In this document: positions 33,358 through 42,140 of the stretch, piece by piece
Layout of the letters: every line of letters starts with the position of its first letter
Numbering within the stretch: the first letter of the stretch is position 1
Source: Candidatus Saccharimonadales bacterium
Lineage (GTDB): Bacteria > Patescibacteriota > Saccharimonadia > Saccharimonadales > UBA10212
Direction: 5' to 3'
Length of the DNA stretch: 64,000 bases
Assembly: GCA_049521895.1 (NCBI GenBank)
Contig: JBEKOJ010000001.1
Location: forward strand, 482,717-546,716
Notes under the pieces: generated by a model
Databases searched by the model: none
Told to the model about the DNA's origin: nothing
Seen by the model: only the letters and a program-made list of their open reading frames with translations
Made by a program: the position numbers and the translations under genes

Positions 33358-33841
33358 TTTGCAGTCTCCTCTTTAGCTCTTCTCTTTTTCTTAAAAAATC
33401 TTGATACCCTTTTGATGTATTTCTTTGGTTACTCTTAGTAGTAGCTTTCAGGTTTTGGGCATCAGTGGCAGACAATTCATCGCTTTCAAGTTTGCTGGTT
33501 TCCTGCAAACTGGAGGCAAGGTAATTCTCAATCTTTTGGACATTCAGCTTAAAGTGCCGTTTAGCAGGGATACTTTTCCTAACTACTTCAATTAGGCCAA
33601 GGGATTTTAGCTGCCCAATAACTCTTTCCTGTTGTGAACGGCTTAGGCCCGTTTCTAGCTTCATTTCCGCAATTGTTTTGAAGGACCAGACTTTATCCCT
33701 TCCGAGCCCATTCCAATAAAGAAGCTGGCCCAGTAAGATTGATGACTCAACTGAACCTAGCGAATGGGCCAGTCCAGCACTGTATGCAATAGGCTTCTGC
33801 TGGAACATTTTATAAATCCTTTGCTGGTCCTGCTTGCTCAT
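33350..33841 (-). CDS. Putative winged-helix DNA-binding / replication-organiser-like protein
   Basis: LGQLLYWNG...FKTIAEMKLETGLSRSQQERVIGQLKSLGLIEV. An alternative start at 33808 would remove the overlap with the upstream ORF. Confidence 0.45.
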   Translation of the reverse strand: MSKQDQQRIYKMFQQKPIAYSAGLAHSLGSVESSILLGQLLYWNGLGRDKVWSFKTIAEMKLETGLSRSQQERVIGQLKSLGLIEVVRKSIPAKRHFKLNVQKIENYLASSLQETSKLESDELSATDAQNLKATTKSNQRNTSKGYQDFLRKREELKRRLQNG

Positions 33842-34022
33842 CGTAATTCACATATTCATTAGCCTTAGAAGGCCTATTAAAGGGCTTTGAGACCGCTTTG
33901 ATTAGCTGGACCAGCTGTAATCCCTTTTCCTTTGCTTCATCTTCAGTTAGCTCAACATCAAAATGGTCTTTATATAATGCCTGGAATTTTTGCACCTGCT
34001 GGAAAGAGAGTTGCATTTCCAT
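33810..34022 (-). CDS. Hypothetical small protein (70 aa)
   Basis: ORF coupled to both neighbours on the same strand. Confidence 0.4.
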   Translation of the reverse strand: MEMQLSFQQVQKFQALYKDHFDVELTEDEAKEKGLQLVQLIKAVSKPFNRPSKANEYVNYDEQAGPAKDL

Positions 34023-34270
34023 TACACCCCCGAATAAATCCTTGTTTTAAGATGCTTCATAGCATCAAAGTAGGCCTTTGGATTGACCTTCAACTTGTCT
34101 GACCAATAATTATCAACCGCTGTTTTTAGTGCAGGGGTCGTTTCAAACAAGAAGGTAGCTTTGCCAGCTGAAGATTTTTCAATACCTATAACTAAAAAGC
34201 CCTCTGTAACCAGAGCCGAGGATAGGGCTAGGTCAAAGGTTCTAAATTCATAGGAATTGTAATTACTCAT
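34022..34270 (-). CDS. Small hypothetical protein (DUF5659-like by pattern)
   Basis: 82 aa: FDLALSSALVTEGFLVIGIEK...ATFLFETTPALKTAVDNYWSDKLKVNPKAYFDAMKHLKTRIY. Confidence 0.45.
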   Translation of the reverse strand: MSNYNSYEFRTFDLALSSALVTEGFLVIGIEKSSAGKATFLFETTPALKTAVDNYWSDKLKVNPKAYFDAMKHLKTRIYSGV

Positions 34271-34325
34271 CTTAATGATGAGCTTAACCCTATAACCCTA
34301 CCTACGTATAAGGCATCAATTGAGC

Positions 34326-35129
34326 CTAATTGATGCCTACAAGCTTTTTATAATTCCGTATGATTGTTGAGATTTCTGAGTATGTATAAACCTTGTCTTC
34401 GTCTTCAAAAGGGTATTTTTCATCAAATATCGTCGCAATTTCGCTAAGGGTCTTTCCTTCAATTGTTTTGAGCCTGTATGCTTCTGCTCCTTTTTCAAGA
34501 ACATCATAATCGGCTGGCTGATGTTTTTGACGGCTCATATAGCTCAGTCGCTTTTGGTGGAATTTTACTAACGGCCACGCTGCCTTTACCTCATCAAGCG
34601 TAGTATCTTCATCTATAACAATATGAATTTCCTCGTCGTCTTCTCCTGGCTGGTGGGGCACGCCCATTCGGACACCAATTTTATTTCTTATATTTTTGGG
34701 GTTGTTAAGAAGAATATATCCCCTCAAACCATCCTTCCACGAGGGTCCAAGTCTATACTTTATTCTGAGCTGTTTAATATCGTTATAAAAAGCATTTAGC
34801 GGTGCTATGAGATTGATTTCTGCCTGCCTATCTACAAATTTTGTGTAGGGGATTTTTTTAGCAAGTGCGTCTTCTTGAAGTTGCTTGAGCTCTTGTCTAA
34901 ATGTCGGCCAAACTTTGTCGTGCCACTTTTCGGTCTCTTCCCCTATCCAGTGCCACCAAGCTTCCTGCTTACCAGAATTAATATCTTTAAAACCGTTCGC
35001 AGGGATTTTGTAACGTTTTCGGATAGCAGCTATATCTGCTTGAAAATCTGGGCGAGAAGCTAAGATGAGAGACTGCTGTTCTCTTTTGGCTTTACTCTTT
35101 AGAAAAACTTTATCTTCTGAACCCTTCAT
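34326..35129 (-). CDS. Hypothetical protein (267 aa)
   Basis: ORF only. It is the first gene downstream of the XRE regulator. Confidence 0.5.
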   Translation of the reverse strand: MKGSEDKVFLKSKAKREQQSLILASRPDFQADIAAIRKRYKIPANGFKDINSGKQEAWWHWIGEETEKWHDKVWPTFRQELKQLQEDALAKKIPYTKFVDRQAEINLIAPLNAFYNDIKQLRIKYRLGPSWKDGLRGYILLNNPKNIRNKIGVRMGVPHQPGEDDEEIHIVIDEDTTLDEVKAAWPLVKFHQKRLSYMSRQKHQPADYDVLEKGAEAYRLKTIEGKTLSEIATIFDEKYPFEDEDKVYTYSEISTIIRNYKKLVGIN

Positions 35130-35180
35130 AGTAATAGTAATCCTGCTTCAATTATCTACAGGATTGGGCTTAAAGACTAG

Positions 35181-35402
35181 TTAGAGCGGTTTGAACAGGT
35201 CTTTGAGACTGACCTTCAAAGCCTTGGCGATTTTATAAACATTCCCCACGCTAGGGTTGCGTTTGCCTTGTTCAATAAATCCGATATATGTTCTGTGTAA
35301 ATCAACAAGGTCGGCCAATTCCTCTTGGGTTAAGCCGCTTTTTCGTCTTAATTCGGCAACTCTTGCACCGAAATCCTTTATAAATTTTGTTTCTGTCGCC
35401 AC
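35181..35402 (-). CDS. XRE-family helix-turn-helix transcriptional regulator
   Basis: LRRKSGLTQEELADLVDLHRTYIGFIEQGKRNPSVGNVYKIAKAL, with a GTG start. Confidence 0.85.
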   Translation of the reverse strand: MATETKFIKDFGARVAELRRKSGLTQEELADLVDLHRTYIGFIEQGKRNPSVGNVYKIAKALKVSLKDLFKPL

Positions 35403-35406
35403 ACAT

Positions 35407-35467
35407 ACAGTTTGTCGCTAAAAAGTGTTTGCCACCACAGACAGATTGTCGCATAATAACAGACAAT
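35407..35467. promoter_or_regulatory. Divergent promoter/operator region with repeated ACAGNTTGTCGC boxes
   Basis: ACAGTTTGTCGC (35407-35418), ACAGATTGTCGC (35441-35452; GACAGATTGTC is a palindrome), and ACAGACAAT (35459-35467). Confidence 0.45.
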
Positions 35468-35478
35468 AAGGAGTTTTT

Positions 35479-35976
35479 ATGAAAATTAGCAAGGCTTGGT
35501 TCGTGAAACACAAAGTTCTTTCAGTAGTATTGGCTCTTATTGTATTAGGGATAATCGGTGCTGCCGCAGGTGGTAGCAAACCCAACAGCACGGTCAATAG
35601 CAGCACAACAGCAAACACGGCTATTAAAACCCAGCCAGCAGCCAAAGCCCAAACTCAGCAACCTGCTGTGCCAGCCGAATATAAATCTGCTCTCAACCAG
35701 GCTACTTCTTATGCCAACGACCAGCATCTGTCTAAACAAGGAGTATATGACCAGCTAGTTTCACAATACGGAGGTAAGTTCTCAGCAGCCGCTGCACAGT
35801 ATGCAATAGACAATGTGAAGGCTGATTGGAACGCAAACGCTCTTGCACAGGCAAAGGATTACCAAAGTCAGCAGAGCCTATCGCCATCAGCAATTCACGA
35901 CCAATTAACCTCTTCATATGGCGGAAAATTTACGCAGGCTGAGGCAGACTACGCCATTGCCCACCTGAACGATTAG
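35479..35976 (+). CDS. Ltp-like surface (lipo)protein with two Ltp-type repeats (superinfection-exclusion family)
   Basis: An N-terminal TM helix followed by two repeats: YKSALNQATSYANDQHLSKQGVYDQLVSQYGGKFSAAAAQYAIDNV and NALAQAKDYQSQQSLSPSAIHDQLTSSYGGKFTQAEADYAIAHL. Confidence 0.7.
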   Translation: MKISKAWFVKHKVLSVVLALIVLGIIGAAAGGSKPNSTVNSSTTANTAIKTQPAAKAQTQQPAVPAEYKSALNQATSYANDQHLSKQGVYDQLVSQYGGKFSAAAAQYAIDNVKADWNANALAQAKDYQSQQSLSPSAIHDQLTSSYGGKFTQAEADYAIAHLND

Positions 35977-36002
35977 TGAGTTCATCGCAACAGAAATGGA
36001 TT

Positions 36003-36030
36003 GAGGCAGGAAACCCTGCCTCGTTTATTA
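36003..36030 (+). terminator. Intrinsic terminator after the Ltp-like gene
   Basis: Stem GAGGCAGG / CCTGCCTC, loop AAAC, then GTTTATTAT. Confidence 0.65.
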
Positions 36031-36078
36031 TCAAAACGAACAATAAAGAATTAGAATTAAAGTTAAGGTTCTCCGAAG

Positions 36079-39000
36079 ATGACAATTACGAACTATACAG
36101 ATGAAATGCTTGAAGCTCTTAGAGCAAATATTGAGTATTTAAAAACTACTGGCGACTCACAGATAAGAATAAAAAACGGCGAACTTGTAGACATCCAATC
36201 TGATTTATACATTTATATTTTTGAGCTAGATTTTCTTCAAAATCTTGATGTGGACTCTGAAATTGAGGTTAGGGTTAATAGCCAGTCTGCATCAGGAAAA
36301 GTCATTGCTATCAACGACAACAAACTCCAAATTCAACTAGATACAAATCTAGGACCAAAAATTGCTGAGGCTCTTTTGATTGTTTCTAGTTATTTTCTGC
36401 TGGAAAAGTTAACCGAATTCCTAGAAGGCCTTAAAGGAAGCGACTCAGACTTATCAGACAAGGCACTGGGCCTAATAAGACCGCAGAATGGGTCAGACGA
36501 TGATTATGTGATACCGAGGGCCACTGACGTATTAAATGAGTTTCAGGTTAAGGCGTTGAGGTTCACTCTGGGAAGCGATGTCTCCTATATTTGGGGGCCG
36601 CCTGGAACAGGAAAGACCCAGACCATCGCCAGCATAATTGAAGGTCTTTTGGCGAAAGATTTAAGTATTTTACTTATTGCACACACGAACGCAGCAACTG
36701 ACAGTGCACTTCTCAAAGTTGTTGAGCATTTAAAAGATACCGAAGATTACCACGAGGGCAGATTTCTAAGAGAAGGAAAAGTTAGCAATAAAGAGCTAAG
36801 AAAATATAAGGTTATTCCCGAAGTTATTCTTGAAGAAAAAGTTAAGCCAATAAGAGAAGAGCTTGAAGCAAATAGGATAGAGCTTGGCAAGTTAGAGGGT
36901 AAAATCCAGGCACATAAAGCGGCACATTTTATGATGGTCGGCAAAGATGACCTGGATGCACAAACTGAAAACTTACTCTCGTATCTTAAACAAAAAGAAG
37001 AAGAGTTTGAGAGCAAGAAAGACGACATTAGATATTTAGCCCAGAGAATTCAAAGCATAAATAATCAAATAGAAGAGCACCAAAATAAAGGGTCTTTAGG
37101 ACGTTTATTCTCTGGGACTAACCTTGCTAAGTTAACCGAACAGAAAACAAGTTGGCTTCGTGAGGGTAAGGTTCAAAAGGATATGCTGCTTTCCCTAGCG
37201 GACGGAGTGAAGGAAGCAAAAAATAAACTTAGCCTTGCCAAGAAAAAAGCAGCTGAATATGAAAAGAAGTTCCGTGAGGAAGGTCTACTGTCTGATGCTG
37301 AGGAAGCTGAGATAAATAAAAAGATTAAAAATCTTCAAGAGCAACAAGAAGAGCTACTTAGTGAGATAGAGAAAATTAAGGATGACTTGATTAAGAACGC
37401 CAAAGTTGTAGCAAGCACCCTAACTATGAGTTATATAAACAAAAAGGTGCTGAGCCGTGAATATGACTGTGTAATTTTAGACGAGGCATCTATGGCCCCC
37501 CTGCCTGCCATCTACTCTGCGGCCAGTATCGCTAAGAAGAAGGTTATTTTAGTCGGAGACTTTTTTCAATTACCTCCAATCGCAAAACACGAAGTAAACA
37601 CTAAGGGTAAGACTGATGAAGAAATAAAACACGAAGAAGATTTAATCAAAAATTGGCTAAAGAGAGATGTCTTTGACCTAGTGGGTATTACTGCCTCAGT
37701 ATTGAAAGGTCAAGAACCTTCAATATTGAAGCAACTGAAAATTCAGTATCGTATGCATCCTGATATCTCCGCTCTCATTAACTATCTTGTTTATTCTCCA
37801 AAAGGTGAAAAGAAATTCCGTCTTGAAAACGGTCCGAACACTGAGGACTTGGGTCAAGAAAGGCTAGAGTCTCAACCCTTGAAGTCAGCTCATTTAGGTT
37901 TTTACGATACTGCTGGGCTTGGCTCACTGCCCGTAAAGACAGACTCTGGTTCTTACTATAATCTTGCCCAGGCACTACTTTGTGTGGAGTTGGCGAAGGA
38001 AGGAATAAAAAGTGGGTATAAAACAATTGGAATAATTTCTGCTTACAGAGCACAGACAAATCTGATACAAAAAATCATTCAGGACTCGTTCTCGGAAGAT
38101 GAAAGTAAGATAGTGCTTGCAGATACGGTGCATCGTTTTCAAGGTGGAGAGAGACAGTTAATAATTTTTGACGTAACCACGCCGAAGGCTCTTTCAATGT
38201 ATGACGACTTTGCAGAGGGCGGAGACGATATGAAGCTAATGAACGTAGCTTTTTCTCGTGCTAAAGAAAAGTGTGTAATTGTCGCAGATGTAGGTGGAGT
38301 TAAGAAAAAACACAGCGAGCATTCCTTAGTAAAAAGAGCTATTGAGTTTTGCGAAGTTAATCACCGTCCCTTTTTGAAAGCGGAAGAAGTGCTCCCAAAG
38401 TATGTTGCTGACGATAGAACAGAACAATGGTTGCAAAAAATAAATATTACAAATCTTGAAAAAGAAGTTCAAAATACAAGCCTTTTTGATGAATATGATT
38501 TCTATCCAGCCTTTTTGAAAGACTTAGTTAAGGCAAAAAAAGAGGTAGTTATCAGCAGCCCCTTTATCACTACCTCACGAGCAAAGCAGTTTAAGCCATA
38601 CTTCAATCTTTTAATCGGCAGAGGGGTGAGAATATTTTTGATAACTAAGCCCCCTGACTCTTTCAAAGATGCGATGAAGGAAATGTCAAAGAGAGAGCTG
38701 AAAGAGTTTGAGAGGATTGGTGTCGTTGTTCTACCAATTATGGGTGTCCACGAAAAGGTGGCACTCATTGATAGAAAGGTTCTCTACGATGGAAGCCTAA
38801 ACATTTTGTCGCAAAGAGACAGCACCGAATTAATGCACAGATTTAAAGGAAGTAATGTTGCAAAACAAATGGCTGGTTTCTTGCGAATAGACAAGAATAT
38901 TGGTCCTCTCGGAGAAAACAACTTGAAAAGGTGTGAGGTTTGTTCAGAAACGGGTTCTTGGTATTGGACTAGCAAAAGTGTGTATGGATTTTGGACCCAT

Positions 39001-39258
39001 TGTCTTACTGGCTCACACTCAGCTGGTAAACCTCCAAAAACTAAAGAAGATAGACAGCAGCGACTGAAAAAGATAAGTAGTGTCCGAAAAACCGTTACAT
39101 TAAATGCTAAGAACATTCCTGTCTGCCCAGTGCACGGTATCGCAACTGTTTTAAAACGAGGTCCATTTGGCGAGCTGTATGGTTGCCCTCAGCATAGAGA
39201 ATGTCATTTTGCTGTGAGCAAGGCTAAGGTGGATAAAATGGTCAATGCGAAGGTCTGA
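36079..39258 (+). CDS. SF1 (Upf1/DNA2-like) helicase fused to a PLD-family (HKD) nuclease and a C-terminal Cys/His zinc-ribbon region
   Basis: GPPGTGKT (aa173-180), VILDEAS (465-471), LVGDFFQLPP, QYRMHP, TVHRFQGGERQLIIFD. A K/E-rich insert spans aa~235-445. The HKD motif is HEKVALIDRKVLYDGSLN (891-908). Cys/His clusters are CEVC...WTHC and CPVHG...GCPQHRECH. Confidence 0.85.
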   Translation: MTITNYTDEMLEALRANIEYLKTTGDSQIRIKNGELVDIQSDLYIYIFELDFLQNLDVDSEIEVRVNSQSASGKVIAINDNKLQIQLDTNLGPKIAEALLIVSSYFLLEKLTEFLEGLKGSDSDLSDKALGLIRPQNGSDDDYVIPRATDVLNEFQVKALRFTLGSDVSYIWGPPGTGKTQTIASIIEGLLAKDLSILLIAHTNAATDSALLKVVEHLKDTEDYHEGRFLREGKVSNKELRKYKVIPEVILEEKVKPIREELEANRIELGKLEGKIQAHKAAHFMMVGKDDLDAQTENLLSYLKQKEEEFESKKDDIRYLAQRIQSINNQIEEHQNKGSLGRLFSGTNLAKLTEQKTSWLREGKVQKDMLLSLADGVKEAKNKLSLAKKKAAEYEKKFREEGLLSDAEEAEINKKIKNLQEQQEELLSEIEKIKDDLIKNAKVVASTLTMSYINKKVLSREYDCVILDEASMAPLPAIYSAASIAKKKVILVGDFFQLPPIAKHEVNTKGKTDEEIKHEEDLIKNWLKRDVFDLVGITASVLKGQEPSILKQLKIQYRMHPDISALINYLVYSPKGEKKFRLENGPNTEDLGQERLESQPLKSAHLGFYDTAGLGSLPVKTDSGSYYNLAQALLCVELAKEGIKSGYKTIGIISAYRAQTNLIQKIIQDSFSEDESKIVLADTVHRFQGGERQLIIFDVTTPKALSMYDDFAEGGDDMKLMNVAFSRAKEKCVIVADVGGVKKKHSEHSLVKRAIEFCEVNHRPFLKAEEVLPKYVADDRTEQWLQKINITNLEKEVQNTSLFDEYDFYPAFLKDLVKAKKEVVISSPFITTSRAKQFKPYFNLLIGRGVRIFLITKPPDSFKDAMKEMSKRELKEFERIGVVVLPIMGVHEKVALIDRKVLYDGSLNILSQRDSTELMHRFKGSNVAKQMAGFLRIDKNIGPLGENNLKRCEVCSETGSWYWTSKSVYGFWTHCLTGSHSAGKPPKTKEDRQQRLKKISSVRKTVTLNAKNIPVCPVHGIATVLKRGPFGELYGCPQHRECHFAVSKAKVDKMVNAKV

Positions 39259-39914
39259 TGAGTGATTTAACCGATAATTTACCTGACCCAGAATTAGCTT
39301 TCAAGCTAATTGAAGCCAACTTTATATACAAAGATAACATTCGCAATCAGGACTCAGCAGTAGCCAAGAAATTAAAGAGATATTGTGCTTTCTTATATTT
39401 TTACTTCTCTCAAGCAGAAGAAAAATCTAGAATGTTTGATGCACTTCGCCCAAGACTAGATATCGTAACGGTGATGAAGGACGATGATGCACGTATGACT
39501 GTTTGGTGGTGGGCTTATTTAGATGCCATCGTCCATACGAGCAATTTATATGACAAGCCAACTGGCGGTAACGAACCAGCCTCTTTGCCCTTCTTAAACA
39601 GTAAGTTACCTATGTGGGGTAAAGAGCTAGGTGTGCCAAAAGTGCCTGAGTTGGCCGACATAAAAAACGATGAAAGTCTTAAAAACCTACTTGGCTTGCG
39701 GGATAAGCTAATAATCCATATTGAGCCAAAATCATATTTCAAAGTTATGTTTGACCTTAGAGATGTGCCTAACTTCTTTGACCATCTAATAAACGAGGTT
39801 GCGAAACCTTACCTTGAAGAAGTCTATGACACCTTTTTTATAGGAAAGCACGACTTTACTCCAAAAACTGAAAACATAGATGCAATTCTAAAATTAAAGC
39901 TGAAGATTGAGTAA
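39258..39914 (+). CDS. Hypothetical protein (218 aa) translationally coupled to the helicase-nuclease; possible HEPN-like Rx5H motif
   Basis: Its ATG overlaps the upstream TGA (TGATG). RDKLIIH at aa148-154 fits the Rx4-6H spacing. I recognised no other motif. Confidence 0.55.
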   Translation: MSDLTDNLPDPELAFKLIEANFIYKDNIRNQDSAVAKKLKRYCAFLYFYFSQAEEKSRMFDALRPRLDIVTVMKDDDARMTVWWWAYLDAIVHTSNLYDKPTGGNEPASLPFLNSKLPMWGKELGVPKVPELADIKNDESLKNLLGLRDKLIIHIEPKSYFKVMFDLRDVPNFFDHLINEVAKPYLEEVYDTFFIGKHDFTPKTENIDAILKLKLKIE

Positions 39915-40161
39915 CGTTATGTATCAAAAACTGCTAATTTTTCTTAAAGAAATTGACTACTGGAACAAATACCCAAGCAGGTGGTATCTTAAAGATAGCC
40001 TTAAAACAGCAAAAAATGAGGAAGAAAAGATTGAGGTGCTATTGCGAGACTCCTTAATCTTGCAACATCTATACCCTAATAATTGGCTAGATGTCATACA
40101 TAAAGCCGCAGATGACCCAGTGCGTTTTGTGAGAGAAAATATGCCAGAGATGCTTAGATAA
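39907..40161 (+). CDS. Hypothetical small protein (80-84 aa), third gene of the operon
   Basis: A TTG at 39907 overlaps the upstream gene, or ATG 39919 lies 5 nt after its stop. Confidence 0.5.
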   Translation: MSNVMYQKLLIFLKEIDYWNKYPSRWYLKDSLKTAKNEEEKIEVLLRDSLILQHLYPNNWLDVIHKAADDPVRFVRENMPEMLR

Positions 40162-40174
40162 TGGACACTTGCTT

Positions 40175-41110
40175 ATGAAAACAAAATCAAACAGACCGAT
40201 ATCTAAAATTGGCATTGGTAGTTATGGAGTTGGCGGACGTGGGCATAGGGATATGGAGATTACCGAAAAAGACGAAGACCAGAAGTATATTGACGCATTG
40301 GTCTACACGCTTCAAAAAGGCATCAATTTTACCGAAATTGCTTTGGGGTATGGGCACGGTCAATCACTGGCTATCTTCAAACAAGCATTTGATAAAAGCT
40401 CGGTAGTAAGAGAGGATTTCTTTTTTACTCATTCACTTTATCCAAGGGACCTGCCAACGATTGAAACAGCTAATGAAGATATTGCCAGCTTCTACAAAAT
40501 TATGGAAACAGATTACGCCGACAGCACACTAATAACCCAATCAATGATTTTAAAATTTGGGACGGATAAGGTTTATCCTCTACTACATAAACTGCTTGAA
40601 AACGGTAAAACTCGTTATGTGAGCTTGTCTAATGCAAACCCTGATTGGATTAAGGCATTTAAAAAAGAATTTGGTGATGGCTTTGTTGCTCACGAAGGCC
40701 ATTTTAGCTTTGAGGTTAGAGCATTGCAGGACAAGGGTGTGTTTAAAGTTTGTGATGAACTGGGCGTAAAGAACATTATTTGGCGACCTCTTCGTCGTAA
40801 TAAAACTGTGCAACATAACTGGGAGCTTCTATCAGAATTGGCTAATAAATATCAAAAGACACAGAACCAAATCGTCCTAAACTGGATGTGCAGTCTGGGC
40901 TACAATCCGATGGTTTTTTCTACTAGCCAAAAACATATTGACGAAAATATAGCTGCTACGGATTTTGAGATGTCGGCGGTGGATTATATGCGAATGACGG
41001 ATTTTCGTCCGCAGAATTACAACCCCCCAAAGGTTGATTGGGAAGGCCTTAGTATTGATGATGATATAGTTGTCCTGGCTAATGACTTTGAGGAGCACTT
41101 GCTAAAATAG
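40175..41110 (+). CDS. Aldo/keto reductase family oxidoreductase
   Basis: IGIGSYGVGG...INFTEIALGYGHGQS...RYVSLSNANPDWI. I take ATG 40175 as the start rather than the track's TTG 40169. Confidence 0.8.
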   Translation: MKTKSNRPISKIGIGSYGVGGRGHRDMEITEKDEDQKYIDALVYTLQKGINFTEIALGYGHGQSLAIFKQAFDKSSVVREDFFFTHSLYPRDLPTIETANEDIASFYKIMETDYADSTLITQSMILKFGTDKVYPLLHKLLENGKTRYVSLSNANPDWIKAFKKEFGDGFVAHEGHFSFEVRALQDKGVFKVCDELGVKNIIWRPLRRNKTVQHNWELLSELANKYQKTQNQIVLNWMCSLGYNPMVFSTSQKHIDENIAATDFEMSAVDYMRMTDFRPQNYNPPKVDWEGLSIDDDIVVLANDFEEHLLK

Positions 41111-41123
41111 TTATGATTTGCGA

Positions 41124-41660
41124 ATGAGCTTATATTTCATTACAGGCAATAAGGGCAAGTTAGCCGAAGCCCAAGAGATACTACCAGAGATTGAGGGACT
41201 GGACATTGACCTGCCCGAAATACAAGGAGTTGATGCCCACAAGATTATTGAAGCTAAGCTACAAGCTGCACTTGAACATCAAGAGGGTGAATTTATTGTT
41301 GAAGACACCTCTCTTTATTACGAAGGGCTAAATGGATTGCCTGGGCCACTAGTAAAGTGGTTTTTAGAGACCGTTGGACCTGATGGCTTATATAAATTTG
41401 CGAAGGGCTTTAATGCATACAAAGCTACCGCAAAGACCATTGTTGGTTACGCCAAAGACCCAGACAATATTCAATTCTTTGAAGGCAATATTGACGGTGA
41501 GGTAGTAGAACCAAGAGGCGACCAGGGCTTTGGGTTTGACCCCATCTTTCAACCCAATGGTTATAATCAAACTTTTGCCGAAATGACTCTAGAAGAAAAA
41601 AACAATCTAAGTATGAGAAAAATAGCGTTCAACAAACTGCGAGAGTATCTAGGGAGATAA
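41124..41660 (+). CDS. rdgB: Non-canonical purine NTP pyrophosphatase (RdgB/HAM1, ITPase family)
   Basis: YFITGNKGKLAEAQEIL...EDTSLYYEGLNGLPGPLVKWF...GFGFDPIFQPNGYNQTFAEM. Confidence 0.85.
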   Translation: MSLYFITGNKGKLAEAQEILPEIEGLDIDLPEIQGVDAHKIIEAKLQAALEHQEGEFIVEDTSLYYEGLNGLPGPLVKWFLETVGPDGLYKFAKGFNAYKATAKTIVGYAKDPDNIQFFEGNIDGEVVEPRGDQGFGFDPIFQPNGYNQTFAEMTLEEKNNLSMRKIAFNKLREYLGR

Positions 41661-42124
41661 TAGTTCTAACTTCCATCACTACGGGGAGCCATTCGACTCG
41701 GCTCAATAAATTGAGCCTCGCTCATGGCCTTCGGCCGAGTCGAATGTCCTGAGCGAAGTCGAAGGACTGATAATTTATGGTCTATCTCTATATTCTCCGC
41801 AATGTTCGCAATCGACTTTACATTGGGCATGCTGAGAACTTAGACCAGTGTATATCCGATCACAAGACTAATCATGGCGCCAAATTTATAAAAGACCATG
41901 GCAATTTTAACCTCGTGTATACAGAGAAATACTCCTCTCGTGCTGAAGCTATGAAGCGCGAAAAACAACTGAAGGGCTGGACGCGAGCAAAAAAAGAGGC
42001 ATTAATCGCTAATGACCTAGCTCTGCTAAAGAAACTCTAGGAAGCGCTGTCCGGCCTCTCTTCGAGCCTGAGCGATGAGGCTCAGGCCTCAGAGCCGAAT
42101 GGCCGGAGCCACAAAGTTAGAACT
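41661..42124. mobile_element. GIY-YIG mini-cassette nested inside a GTTCTAAC-type repeat unit
   Basis: The left end TAGTTCTAACTTCCATCACTACGGGGAGCCAT and right end AGTTAGAACT together match the solo 42-bp unit at 42669-42710. GGAGCCA is duplicated at both junctions, and internal 11-13-bp inverted repeats are present (CATTCGACTCGGC / GCCGAGTCGAATG). Confidence 0.55.
41777..42040 (+). CDS. GIY-YIG nuclease-domain protein (87 aa, UPF0213-like)
   Basis: MVYLYILRNVRNRLYIGHAENLDQCISDHK...REKQLKGWTRAKKEALI. Confidence 0.85.
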   Translation: MVYLYILRNVRNRLYIGHAENLDQCISDHKTNHGAKFIKDHGNFNLVYTEKYSSRAEAMKREKQLKGWTRAKKEALIANDLALLKKL

Positions 42125-42140
42125 TTGCTATGATGACAAC

